Below are positions 19,148 to 28,542 of a stretch of 64,000 nucleotides of DNA, piece after piece. Made by a program: the position numbers and the translations under genes. Source of the DNA: an uncultured delta proteobacterium (GTDB taxonomy: Bacteria > Desulfobacterota > Binatia > Binatales > Binataceae). Location: assembly GCA_963710455.1 (NCBI GenBank), contig CAVQAG010000017.1, positions 68,064-132,063 on the forward strand. Direction: 5' to 3'. Under the pieces are notes generated by a model that saw nothing but the letters and a program-made list of their open reading frames with translations, searched no databases and had not been told where the DNA came from. The stretch's first letter is position 1, and the number at the start of each line of letters is the position of its first letter.

Positions 19148-20719
19148 ATGCGTCTGGCCGCGATCGATGTCGGTTCGAACTCGGTCCACATGGTGATCGC
19201 AGACGTACGGCGCGACGGGCACTTCGAGGTCATCGATCGGGTCAAGGAGATGGTGCGGCTCGGCCGCAACGCGTTCACCAGCGGTAAGCTGGCGCGCGAG
19301 CCGATGGAACTGGCGGTGCGTGCGCTCAAGAATTTCGCGCGCCTAGCCAAGGTGCGCCGGGTCGATCGGATTCGCGCAGTCGCTACCAGCGCTGTGCGCG
19401 AGGCGCAAAACCGCGAAACCTTCATCGCGCGCATCCGTCGCGAGACCAGCCTCAAGGTCGAAATCATCTCGGGGGCCGAAGAGGCCCAGTTCATTTTCAG
19501 CGCCGCCCGCCATGCGCTCGGGCTGGAGGGCGGCCCCTACCTGTTGATCGACGTCGGCGGCGGCAGCGTAGAGCTGGTGCTGGTGCGCGACGGCCAGGCG
19601 CTTTGGATGGAGAGTCTGCCGCTGGGCGTCGCGCGGCTGACCGAACGGTTTCTCACCTCCGATCCGCCCAACACGGCCGAAGTGCGAAGACTCGAAGACC
19701 ATCTGCACCGAAAGCTCGATGCGCTCCTGCGCAAGGCGCGGCGGGCCGAGGTGGTGCAAGCGATTGGCACCTCGGGAACTATAAACGCCCTGGTCGCGAT
19801 GGCGCGGGTGGCGCGCGACGGCGAGCAGGATAGGCTTCACGGCCTGAGCATCCCCGCAACCGACGTCACCTGGCTGCGCAACCGGTTGCTCAAGTTATCC
19901 GCCGACGAGCGCGCCGAACTTCCGGGCGCGGACCCCAAGCGGGCCGATTTGATGCCGGCCGCTGCGGTGCTGGCGGACTTCGTGCTGGAGCACGCAGGGG
20001 CGCCGGAGCTGGTCGCCTGCACCTGGGCGCTCCGCGAGGGCATCCTGCTAAGCATGGTCAAGGCGGGTGCGCGGGGACGCGGCACGATCGAGGCGCGCCG
20101 GCGTTCGGTAAGCGCGCTGGCGCGGCGATTCGGAGCGCTCAACGGACATGGGCCGCAGGTGGCGCGCCTGGCGCTAAAGATTTTCGACGCGGCCGCGCCG
20201 GTGCTCAAAGCTGGCTCGCAGGCGCGCGAGCTGCTCGAACACGCCGCGCTGCTCCACGACATCGGCCGCGTGATCGACCACGATCGTCACAACCGTCACA
20301 CCTACTATCTGGTCAAGAACGCCGAGCTATTGGGCTTCGATCCGCTCGAGATCGAGATCATCGCCCAGGGCGCACGCGGCCATCGCAAACCCTCGGCCCG
20401 GCTCGATTCGCCGGAGTTCCGCGCGCTGAGCCCGGCAAAACGCCATCTGGTTCGCTCCATCGCCGCGGTTCTGCGGATGGCCGATGCGCTGGACCGAAGT
20501 CACTTCAGTGTGGTTAAAGATATACGCATCCGACGTTCACCAGACCGATTCACCATCACAGTCGATGCTGCCGGTGGACAGGCAGACCTTGAGCTATGGA
20601 CTTGCGAGAGAAGATCGGACCTGCTGTCGAGGTTGCTGAGCCGTTCAGTAACGGTGAGGCGCCGGGCACCGCGGGTAACGGCGCGTCCGAAGCGGGCGGC
20701 GGCACGGGGCGGGCGCTAA
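19148..20719 (+). CDS. ppx: Ppx/GppA exopolyphosphatase with C-terminal HD domain
   Basis: AAIDVGSNS, ATSAVREAQN, ISGAEEA, DVGGGSVE, LREGIL, LLHDIG, LRMADALD. Confidence 0.92.
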   Translation: MRLAAIDVGSNSVHMVIADVRRDGHFEVIDRVKEMVRLGRNAFTSGKLAREPMELAVRALKNFARLAKVRRVDRIRAVATSAVREAQNRETFIARIRRETSLKVEIISGAEEAQFIFSAARHALGLEGGPYLLIDVGGGSVELVLVRDGQALWMESLPLGVARLTERFLTSDPPNTAEVRRLEDHLHRKLDALLRKARRAEVVQAIGTSGTINALVAMARVARDGEQDRLHGLSIPATDVTWLRNRLLKLSADERAELPGADPKRADLMPAAAVLADFVLEHAGAPELVACTWALREGILLSMVKAGARGRGTIEARRRSVSALARRFGALNGHGPQVARLALKIFDAAAPVLKAGSQARELLEHAALLHDIGRVIDHDRHNRHTYYLVKNAELLGFDPLEIEIIAQGARGHRKPSARLDSPEFRALSPAKRHLVRSIAAVLRMADALDRSHFSVVKDIRIRRSPDRFTITVDAAGGQADLELWTCERRSDLLSRLLSRSVTVRRRAPRVTARPKRAAARGGR

Positions 20720-20736
20720 ACGGCCATCGCCGGACA

Positions 20737-21444
20737 GTGCTCAGCTCGCCCCATCCTTACCCGGGCCGGCTCATCGCCGTCGAGGGGATCGACGGGTCGG
20801 GCAAATCCACCCAGGTGAAACTGCTCGAGCGATGGCTGCGCGCGCGCGGCTATCCGGTGCACTTCACCGAGTGGAACTCGTCGCGGCTGGTGCGTAACTC
20901 GATGCGCCGCGGCAAGCGGCGCGACCTGCTCACGCCGAGCACCTTCAGCCTGCTGCACGCGGTCGACTTTGCCGACCGCTTCATCTACCAGATCCTGCCG
21001 CCCCTGCGCGCCGGGATGATCGTGCTGGCCGACCGTTACGTTTATACCGCTTTTGCGCGCGACGTCGCCCGCGGGGTACATCCCGACTGGGTGCGCGGCG
21101 TCTATCGCTTCGCGCCGCGTCCTGACCTCACTTTCTTTTTCCGCGTACCCATCGAAGTCTCGCTCGAGCGGCTACTGGCTGGCCGGGCCAAGCTCAAGTA
21201 TTACGAGGCCGGGATGGACCTGGGCCTGTCGACTGATCTGGTCGAGAGTTTTCGTCTGTTCCAGGGACGCGTGCTGGAGATTTATGACCAGCTTGCCGAG
21301 GAATTCGATCTCAGGGTCATCGACGCCAGCCATGACATCGCTGGCCAGCAAAAAGTCGTCCGCCGAATGACCGGCGAAATCCTGCGCGAGTACGATCGCC
21401 AGCGCGCCCGCAACCATCATGGCAACTCAGCCGCCGCACGCTAA
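20737..21444 (+). CDS. Thymidylate-kinase-like P-loop protein 1 (start uncertain)
   Basis: P-loop EGIDGSGKST, ADRYVYTAFARD, PRPDL. Confidence 0.85.
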   Translation: MLSSPHPYPGRLIAVEGIDGSGKSTQVKLLERWLRARGYPVHFTEWNSSRLVRNSMRRGKRRDLLTPSTFSLLHAVDFADRFIYQILPPLRAGMIVLADRYVYTAFARDVARGVHPDWVRGVYRFAPRPDLTFFFRVPIEVSLERLLAGRAKLKYYEAGMDLGLSTDLVESFRLFQGRVLEIYDQLAEEFDLRVIDASHDIAGQQKVVRRMTGEILREYDRQRARNHHGNSAAAR

Positions 21445-22201
21445 ACGCTGGCACGGCCACGGCCTGCCCTATCTCGATGAGAAGCCGCTGCCCGGCCATC
21501 TAATCGTGATCGAGGGTACCGACGGCGTAGGACGCTCGACCCAGGTCGAACTTTTGCGCGGCTGGCTCGAGTTAGAGGGCTACGCGGTCAGCAACACCGG
21601 ATGGACGCGCTCGCCGTTGCTCTCCGCAACTATCGCCGAGGCCAAGGCCGGCCATCAGCTCACCCCCATAACCTTCAGCCTGCTCTACGCCGCCGATTTT
21701 GCCGACCGCCTGGAACACGAAATCCTGCCCGCTCTGCAGGCCGGCTTCGTGGTAATTGCCGACCGGTACATGTACACCGCCTTTGCGCGCAACGCGGTAA
21801 TGGGAGCCGATCCGGAGTGGACCCACGAAGTGTTCGGGATGGCGTTGGTGCCGGACCTCGTCTTGTATCTCGAGATCGACGTGGACACACTGGTGCCGCG
21901 CGTGGTGCGCGGCAAAGGGATGGATTACTGGGAGTCCGGGATGCATCTGGCGCTCTCCAGCGATATCTTCGACTCCTTCCAGAACTACCAGCAGCGCATC
22001 ATCGCCGAATACAATCGCCTCGCGCATGATTTCGGCTTCATCACCATCGACGCCCGCGAATCGATCAACAAGATCCAGGCCGAGCTCCGCGCACACGTCG
22101 CGGACTACCTGCGGCGCGCGCAGGGCAGCATCCTGCCGCAAGTTGAAAGTCCGTCGTCACTGTCACCGGCCCAACCTGCGGGTCACCCGCGCAAGGTATA
22201 G
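21419..22201 (+). CDS. Thymidylate-kinase-like P-loop protein 2 (Walker A Lys->Arg)
   Basis: EGTDGVGRST, ADRYMYTAFAR, VPDL; overlaps protein 1 by 26 bp. Confidence 0.85.
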   Translation: MATQPPHAKRWHGHGLPYLDEKPLPGHLIVIEGTDGVGRSTQVELLRGWLELEGYAVSNTGWTRSPLLSATIAEAKAGHQLTPITFSLLYAADFADRLEHEILPALQAGFVVIADRYMYTAFARNAVMGADPEWTHEVFGMALVPDLVLYLEIDVDTLVPRVVRGKGMDYWESGMHLALSSDIFDSFQNYQQRIIAEYNRLAHDFGFITIDARESINKIQAELRAHVADYLRRAQGSILPQVESPSSLSPAQPAGHPRKV

Positions 22202-22227
22202 GCCGAACGGGTAGGCCAAATTAAACG

Positions 22228-23211
22228 ATGACTCCCGCAAGTCCGGCGCGTTCGCAGGCCGCCATAGCATCGCCGTCCGATCCCGCGGTCCAGGCGGCAG
22301 CGGTCGCGATAGCCGTTCAACTACGCGCGATGACTGCCGAGCACGACAAGGCCATGACCGGCGACGCCGAAGCGATCCATCGGCTTCGCGTGGCAACGCG
22401 GCGCCTGCGCGCCGCCCTACGGATGCTGCGCGAGGTTGCTCCGGACGCCGAAGCGGAAGGCGCGGCAGACGAGTTGGGATGGCTCTGCGGCGCGATTGGC
22501 GCGGTGCGCGATCTCGACGTGCTCGCCCAGTTGCTCCAGGATCGTGCAACGCGTCTGGAGTCCGGCTTCATTCGCGCGCTTGCCCCGCTCTCCGACACTA
22601 TTCGCGGTCAGCGCGCGATCGAGCAGGAGCGCCTGGTGGCGGCGCTCGATTCGGAGCGTTACGGCGGTCTGGTCCAGCGCTTGGGCGCGATCGCGCCCAA
22701 GCCGGCGGCGGATAGCGCCACGCTCGGCGCGGTGGCGGCGCGGTTGGTCCGCCCCCAGTTGCGCGCGATGCTGCGTGCGGGCGCGGGACTCGACGAGGCG
22801 GCGCCGCCCGAAACCTTGCATCGCCTGCGCGTGCGCGTGAAGAAGCTGCGCTACGCTATCGAACTGTTGCGCATGGTCGGCGGCAAGCCTGCGCGCAAGA
22901 TCCTGCGCCGTCTCGAGCGCGTGCAGGAGCGCGTCGGCATGTATCATGACGCGGTGACCGCGGCCGCGTGGCTGCGCGGATGGGCCGCCGAATCGCGCGA
23001 CGCGTCGGCTTTGATGGCGGCCGGCGCGCTGATTCACTCCTTCGAGCGTCGCATCCGCCGCTTGCGTACCCGCAGTCTCAAGGCCTGGCGTCGCGCGGAT
23101 ATGGACCAACTCGCCCGTGCAGTGCTCCAGCAACTCAACCGCGCCGCCGCTCAGGCGCGGCGCGCGGCGAGGCCGCCGCTCGTCCTCGTCCCGGTAGCCC
23201 GCGCCTCATGA
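22228..23211 (+). CDS. CHAD-domain (polyphosphate-binding) protein
   Basis: IHRLRVATRRLR, GAVRDLDV, LHRLRVRVKKLRY, QERVGMYHD. Confidence 0.92.
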   Translation: MTPASPARSQAAIASPSDPAVQAAAVAIAVQLRAMTAEHDKAMTGDAEAIHRLRVATRRLRAALRMLREVAPDAEAEGAADELGWLCGAIGAVRDLDVLAQLLQDRATRLESGFIRALAPLSDTIRGQRAIEQERLVAALDSERYGGLVQRLGAIAPKPAADSATLGAVAARLVRPQLRAMLRAGAGLDEAAPPETLHRLRVRVKKLRYAIELLRMVGGKPARKILRRLERVQERVGMYHDAVTAAAWLRGWAAESRDASALMAAGALIHSFERRIRRLRTRSLKAWRRADMDQLARAVLQQLNRAAAQARRAARPPLVLVPVARAS

Positions 23212-23711
23212 CGCTGTACATTTTGCGTCATGGAGTAGCCGAGAACGAACCGCCGCCGGGCGGCGACGACGGCGCACGCCGGCTGACCGCCCGGGGTCGC
23301 GAGAAAGTGCGCGCCGCGGCGGCCGGGATGCGCGCCTTGGGGCTCAAGCTCGACGCCATTCTCGCCAGCCCCTTGCCGCGAGCCGCTGAAACCGCGGATC
23401 TGGTCGCCGCCGTTTACGCCGCGGGCCTGGTCCCCGAGGTCTTTGCCGCGCTATCGACCGGGGTCACGCCCGCCGATACGGTAGCGGCGCTCAAACCTTA
23501 TGAACGTCATGACCATCTGATGGTCGTTGGACACGAACCGGGACTGAGCGGGCTCGCTTCATTGCTCCTGACCGGTTCGGCCAACAGCGTGAGCTTCGAA
23601 TTCAAGAAATCGGGAATGATCGCGCTCGAATTGCACGACGGAATCGAGCGTGGCGGCGCGCAACTGCTGTGGATGCTGACGTCGCGCCAGTTGCGCCGCC
23701 TGGGCAAGTGA
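23208..23711 (+). CDS. sixA: Phosphohistidine phosphatase SixA
   Basis: LYILRHG, RRLT, SPLPRAAETA, VGHEP; ATGA overlap with the CHAD stop. Confidence 0.88.
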   Translation: MTLYILRHGVAENEPPPGGDDGARRLTARGREKVRAAAAGMRALGLKLDAILASPLPRAAETADLVAAVYAAGLVPEVFAALSTGVTPADTVAALKPYERHDHLMVVGHEPGLSGLASLLLTGSANSVSFEFKKSGMIALELHDGIERGGAQLLWMLTSRQLRRLGK

Positions 23712-23762
23712 CGGCGCCGCATTTCGTTATATTACTGGCTATTCGGTTAAACCGCCTCTTCA

Positions 23763-23951
23763 GCCATCCTGCGCGAAAGCTGCCGGAGTCGAAGGATCTC
23801 GCGCGGCCTCCGCGCCTAAATGCACAACTTTGGAATTTTGGCGATTAGTCAGATCGATCCATGTCGCGCACGGATTGCTCGCGGACTCGCTTCGCTCAGG
23901 ACGACCGAAGAGAAAAGCTTCGCCGAAGAAAGGGATTCGCTTCGCTGAGGA
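23763..23951. repeat. Degenerate REP-like inverted-repeat element between convergent genes
   Basis: GCCATCCTGCGCGAA...GAAGGATCTC left arm and TTCGCTCAGGACGAC right arm (ends 23905). TCGCTTCGCT(C/G)AGGA occurs twice (~23887 and ~23937). Confidence 0.45.
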
Positions 23952-23991
23952 AAATAAGCTCCGGGGCGCAATTGATTACTTAGTCGTTACG

Positions 23992-26824
23992 CTATTTGAC
24001 ATAGAACGCTTCGGCCGCGGGGCGATAGGCTCGCGCCAGCCACGTCGGGCGCCGAAGGCCGCCTGGCCCCGGCGCCGCGCGCGTCATCTCGAGCCATCGG
24101 CGATAGACCTCGTGCGATTTGCGCGTATCGACAAAGATGTCGCCGTAACGATCCTGCGGTCCCGCCGTGCTGACCGTCACTTTCTGATGCCAGCAGTGCT
24201 GGCCGCTTATCGGGTCGGGCTGCACCGGAAAAATCAGGTTCTGATGCACGCCGGCGTCCTGCCACCAGATACGGCCCGAGTCCGGATCGGCGCTCTCAAA
24301 CGGTTGCACGCCATGGACCTGCCGCATCATCCAGGTCCCCTCTTTTTTGTGGCTCAACTCGACCAGGCCGCTCGCCCATCGCTCGCCTCCGCTATCTTCC
24401 TTCAGGCGCCAGCGCCCCAGATGATGTGAACAGGCGATCACTCCCGGCCGGATCGATTCGGTTACCCATACCTTGTCGACGAAGTAGCCGATCTCGGTCG
24501 CGATCTTCAGCAGGCCGCCGGTGTCGACGCCGAAACGGCGCGCGTCTTCGGGATGCAGCCACAGCGGGTTGCGATTGGATATTTCATATAGCCATTTGGC
24601 GTTGCCCGATCGAGTATGTACCAGGGTAGGAAGGCGAAAAGTCGGCAGCAGCAGCATCTCGCCGCGCTCCCGATCGATCTTGCTGAAGTGAACCTGGCTC
24701 CTGATATAAGCCGGAACTGAGTACTCGGGCCAATTCCAGTCTTTGAGCGTTTTCGAATAGAACTCGAGCTTGCGCGACGGCGTGGGAAAGCCGGCACAGG
24801 CTCGGCCGTCGATCTCGACCCCAATAGCGGTCCCGCGCTGAGTGATGACCTTGCTCTTAGGATCGATCGCCGCCCCCTTGAGGCCCTCCGCCGAGATTGT
24901 TTTTTCATGAACCCGGTAGGAGCCTTCCTCGATCAGGAAGGCTCCATACTTGCGCATGTACGCCAGCGGGGTGAGCCCTTCCTTCGCCGCCGCCGCGGGC
25001 AGGCCAGGCACGCTGTTCTCGAAAATCCATCGGTAGAAATCTTCGACCGTCAGCTTTCCTCCCGCTCGGTATGGCGACTCGAAGTACTTGCGGATGCCGA
25101 GTGCGCCGTCGGGATCGATTCTCCATGACAGCTCGATCCAGAACTCGTCCTCCTCCCACACCTCGCCGAGTCCGGCCTCGCGATGGGCCTCGTAGGTGAA
25201 CTCGAAGCGCTTGCCCGCGCGCTCCAGCGCGACGCGCGCGACCGGCTGGCGAAAACCGATCCAACGCGCGGCGTGCGTCTCCTGGCTCAGCAGGTCATGG
25301 CGTTCCGGCCCGTGCCCCATCGGCAGGACATAGTCGGCGAATTGCGCGGTCTCGCTCCAGATTGGCGTAAGACACGCGTGTCGCTCGATTTTACTTTCGT
25401 CGGTGAGCGCCTCGATCCAGCTCATCCCGTCGGGATTGGTCCACACCGGATTATAGACGCGGGTGAAGTACGCGCTTAGCTTGCCGCGGCCCTCTTTCAG
25501 AAAATGCGGAAGCAGGAAGCTCATTTCGAAAAACGCGAGGGGGAACTCGAGCGGCCACGTAAGTTTGTTCCAGACCTGGGGCGGCGGCGGCATCATCGGC
25601 GGCGCGGGCACGAACTTGTTAGCCGAGTTGGGCGCGGTGCCGCCAGGCGTGTCGACCGCACCCATCAGGACCACCAGCAGCTCGAGCGCACGCGCCACCT
25701 GCCATCCGCCCAGGTTACCCGCAGCGGCGTTGCGCCATACGTGAGTCGCGAGCGCCGAGCCGGCGCGCCCAATCTCGCGCGCGACCTCGACTATTACGCT
25801 GGCCGACGCGCCCGACTCGCGCTCGGCGAACTCGGGCGTGTATTGGGCGTAGATCTCCCCGAGAACATCCAGAAACGTGTCGAAGGTCTGCGCACGCCCG
25901 GGATGCTCTTCACGCAGGAACTCCTCCCAGTTGACCCAACGGCGCAGGAATTCGCGGTCATACAACTGCTCGCGCAGAATCACGTGGCACATCGCCAGAA
26001 GCACCGCTGCCTCGCTGCCGGGCCACGTCGAGAGCCACCAATCAGCCTTGGTCGCGGTGTTCGAAAGCCGCGTATCGATCACGCAGACCCGGGCTCCGCG
26101 TTGCTTGGCCTCGATAATCCGCTGTGCGTGCGGATTGAAATAGTGGCCGGCCTCGAGGTGCGAGCTGAGCAGGAGAATGAAGCGGGCGTTGGCGTGGTCG
26201 GGCGACGGCCGATCGGCGCCGTGCCAGAACGCGTAACCGGTGCGCGCACCCGCCGAGCACACATTGGTATGGCTGTTGTGCCCATCGATTCCCCAGGCGT
26301 GCAGGGTGCGCTGATTATAAATCAGTTCATGGCCGGGGCGGCCGACATGGTAGAGAATCTCGTTGTGGCGGCCTTCGACCAGCGCACGGCGAATTCGCCC
26401 GGCGAGATCATCGAGCGCGTCATCCCACGTAACACGCTCCCACTTGCCTTCGCCGCGCCGTCCCACCCGCCTCATCGGGTAGAGGATGCGCTCGGGATCG
26501 GTGACCTGGTTGATCGTAGCGGGACCCTTGGCGCAGTTGCGGCCAGCGGCTCCCCGGATGCATCGGGTTGCCTTCGAACTTGCGGATCGTGAAGTCGCGC
26601 TTATCGACGTATCCAAGCAGGCCGCATCCGGCCTCGCAGTTGAAGCAAACGGTGGGAACCAGCGTGTAGCGCTTCTCGACCTTGCGCGGCCACGCGGCTG
26701 GGTCGTACTCGACCCAGTCGTCCCATCGGTCGGCCGGCGGAAACGCGCTCAGCCCACCTGCGGGCGCCTCGAGTTCCGTCGCTGCCGGATTGAGCGGCCG
26801 CATCTGTTCCTTGGTTGGAGCCAT
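23992..26824 (-). pseudogene. Molybdopterin (bis-MGD) oxidoreductase catalytic subunit, split by a 1-nt insertion at ~26545 (pseudogene or sequencing error)
   Basis: Frame 1 has CFNCEAGC...EGNPMHPGSR; frame 2 continues GRNCAKGP...RILYPM...WDDA, HTNVCS, HTRS, LHPEDA. Removing one base restores PGSRGRNCAKG. Confidence 0.85.
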
Positions 26825-26832
26825 CGTTGCAT

Positions 26833-28368
26833 CTAACTCAGCGGGACCGCCTGGCCAGCCTCAATCCAGAGGTTCTCGAAGGTCCATAGGCCGACCAGTG
26901 CGAGAATCGCCGCGCTGGCTGCGGTCGCGCCACCAGCGCCTGTGCGCAGCGCCGCGCCCAGCAGAAGCAGCGGCACGATCGTGCCGAGCAAAACCACTCC
27001 GATCCAGAAGCGAAAGCTTAGCTCGCCGCGCGAGATGAGATCGGCGGCGCGCCCGAAATCCTCGCTTGTCGCGGGCAACGTCAGCTCGATAAGAATCATC
27101 GCCAGGCCGACTGTCAGCGCTGCGAGCAGAATGCGCGCGGTGGCGACAATTGTGGAGGCCCCGGCGCCGAAAACTATCGCGGCGATAATCAATGACGCCG
27201 CGCCGCCGATCAGCGCCTGCACCAGCAGATGCCAGATGAAGACCGGGCTTTGCCAAAGATCGCGCGCCTTGGCCTGCGCGAACAGAAAAGCGGAGTAGCA
27301 TGCGGAGCCAACTGCGAAGACCGCAGTCGCGGTAACCAATGCGACTGGAATTGAACTGATGAAGAAACCGCAGGCCAGCCAAGCCGTCGCAAGCGCGCCG
27401 TAAATCATTAGGATGTACGTGCCCCAGACCAGCCACGAACGAAAGTTGGGCCTGGTGATTAGATAGTAGAAACGCCACGGCTGTTTAAGGTCGGCGATCA
27501 GCAGGACGACGGTGATGCCGAGAAAGAATAGCGCCAGGATTGGACCGACGACTCCCAGCAGCGTCCCATCTTCGGCCCCGCGCCCCACTCCGAGCAGCAC
27601 CGCCGCAACCAGCACCACTCCCGCCGCGATCGATTTGGTCCACAGATATGCGGCCGGGATCGCGCCCCATGGCGCCGCATGCGGGACGTCGTAGACGATG
27701 CGCGCCGAGCCGGGCGCCGCGTCGGCGGCGTCGTCGCCGGTCGCAGGGCGCCGGCCGTCGAGAGGATTGTAATCGGCCCACATCGAGCTATGCTCCGGCC
27801 GCATCATCGAGGGGTGCAGCAGGTCGCCTTCAATACCGACGTAAAAGAGCTTGGGCTGCGTGCCCTTGTGCGCCTTGCGCGTGGCGACTTTTCCAGCCGC
27901 GACGATTCGGCTGACGCGGCTTTGCGAGTCGTCGAGGTCGCCGGTCATGATCGCCTGGGTCGGACATACGACAACGCAGGCCGGTTCGAGATTGGCCTCG
28001 ACACGATGCGCGCAGAAGTTGCATTTGGCGGCGGTGCTGGTAGCCGGGTCGATGTAAAGCGCGTCGTATGGACAGGCCTGCATGCAGGACTTGCATCCGA
28101 TGCATCGGCTGTTATCGAAATCGACGATGCCGTTGTCGCGTTTGAACAGCGCGCTGGTCGGGCAGATCTCAAGGCACGGCGCCTGGTCGCAATGATTGCA
28201 GCGCATCACGCCGAAATGGCGGCTGGTATTGGGGAAAGAACCTTTCTCGATGTACTTGACCCAGGTGCGGAAGACGCCCACCGGGACCTTGTGCTCGTCC
28301 TTGCAGGCAACCGTGCACGCATGGCATCCGATGCATCGGTCCTGATCGATCACGAAGCCGTAACGCAC
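26833..28368 (-). CDS. 4x[4Fe-4S] electron-transfer subunit fused to an NrfD/PsrC-type membrane anchor
   Basis: CIGCHACTVAC, CNHCDQAPCLEICP, CIGCKSCMQACP, KCNFC...PACVVVCP, followed by a multi-TM domain with DLKQPWRF and AGQ terminus. Confidence 0.9.
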   Translation of the reverse strand: MRYGFVIDQDRCIGCHACTVACKDEHKVPVGVFRTWVKYIEKGSFPNTSRHFGVMRCNHCDQAPCLEICPTSALFKRDNGIVDFDNSRCIGCKSCMQACPYDALYIDPATSTAAKCNFCAHRVEANLEPACVVVCPTQAIMTGDLDDSQSRVSRIVAAGKVATRKAHKGTQPKLFYVGIEGDLLHPSMMRPEHSSMWADYNPLDGRRPATGDDAADAAPGSARIVYDVPHAAPWGAIPAAYLWTKSIAAGVVLVAAVLLGVGRGAEDGTLLGVVGPILALFFLGITVVLLIADLKQPWRFYYLITRPNFRSWLVWGTYILMIYGALATAWLACGFFISSIPVALVTATAVFAVGSACYSAFLFAQAKARDLWQSPVFIWHLLVQALIGGAASLIIAAIVFGAGASTIVATARILLAALTVGLAMILIELTLPATSEDFGRAADLISRGELSFRFWIGVVLLGTIVPLLLLGAALRTGAGGATAASAAILALVGLWTFENLWIEAGQAVPLS

Positions 28369-28542
28369 ACGCGAGTCCTCTGCGCAGACTTAAGCACAGG
28401 GCTTTGCGCAAATCGATGACGAAACCAACTAAAAGATTCCCGCCCCGGGCGAACCCTGTCGCGAATCCGGCGCGGCTCCGTCTTACTACAGGACCGCTGA
28501 AGCAGTTAAACAGTCAAAGAAGTGCGGTCGGCGCGCGCGAGT

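Noticed and set aside
23830-24429. 199 aa ORF after sixA
   Set aside because: It overlaps the 3' end of the molybdoenzyme on the opposite strand and the repeat element, has a TTG start and shows no motifs.
26420-26616. Selenocysteine or programmed recoding in the molybdoenzyme
   Set aside because: The break is a one-base frameshift, not an in-frame TGA, and there is no slippery heptamer at the site.
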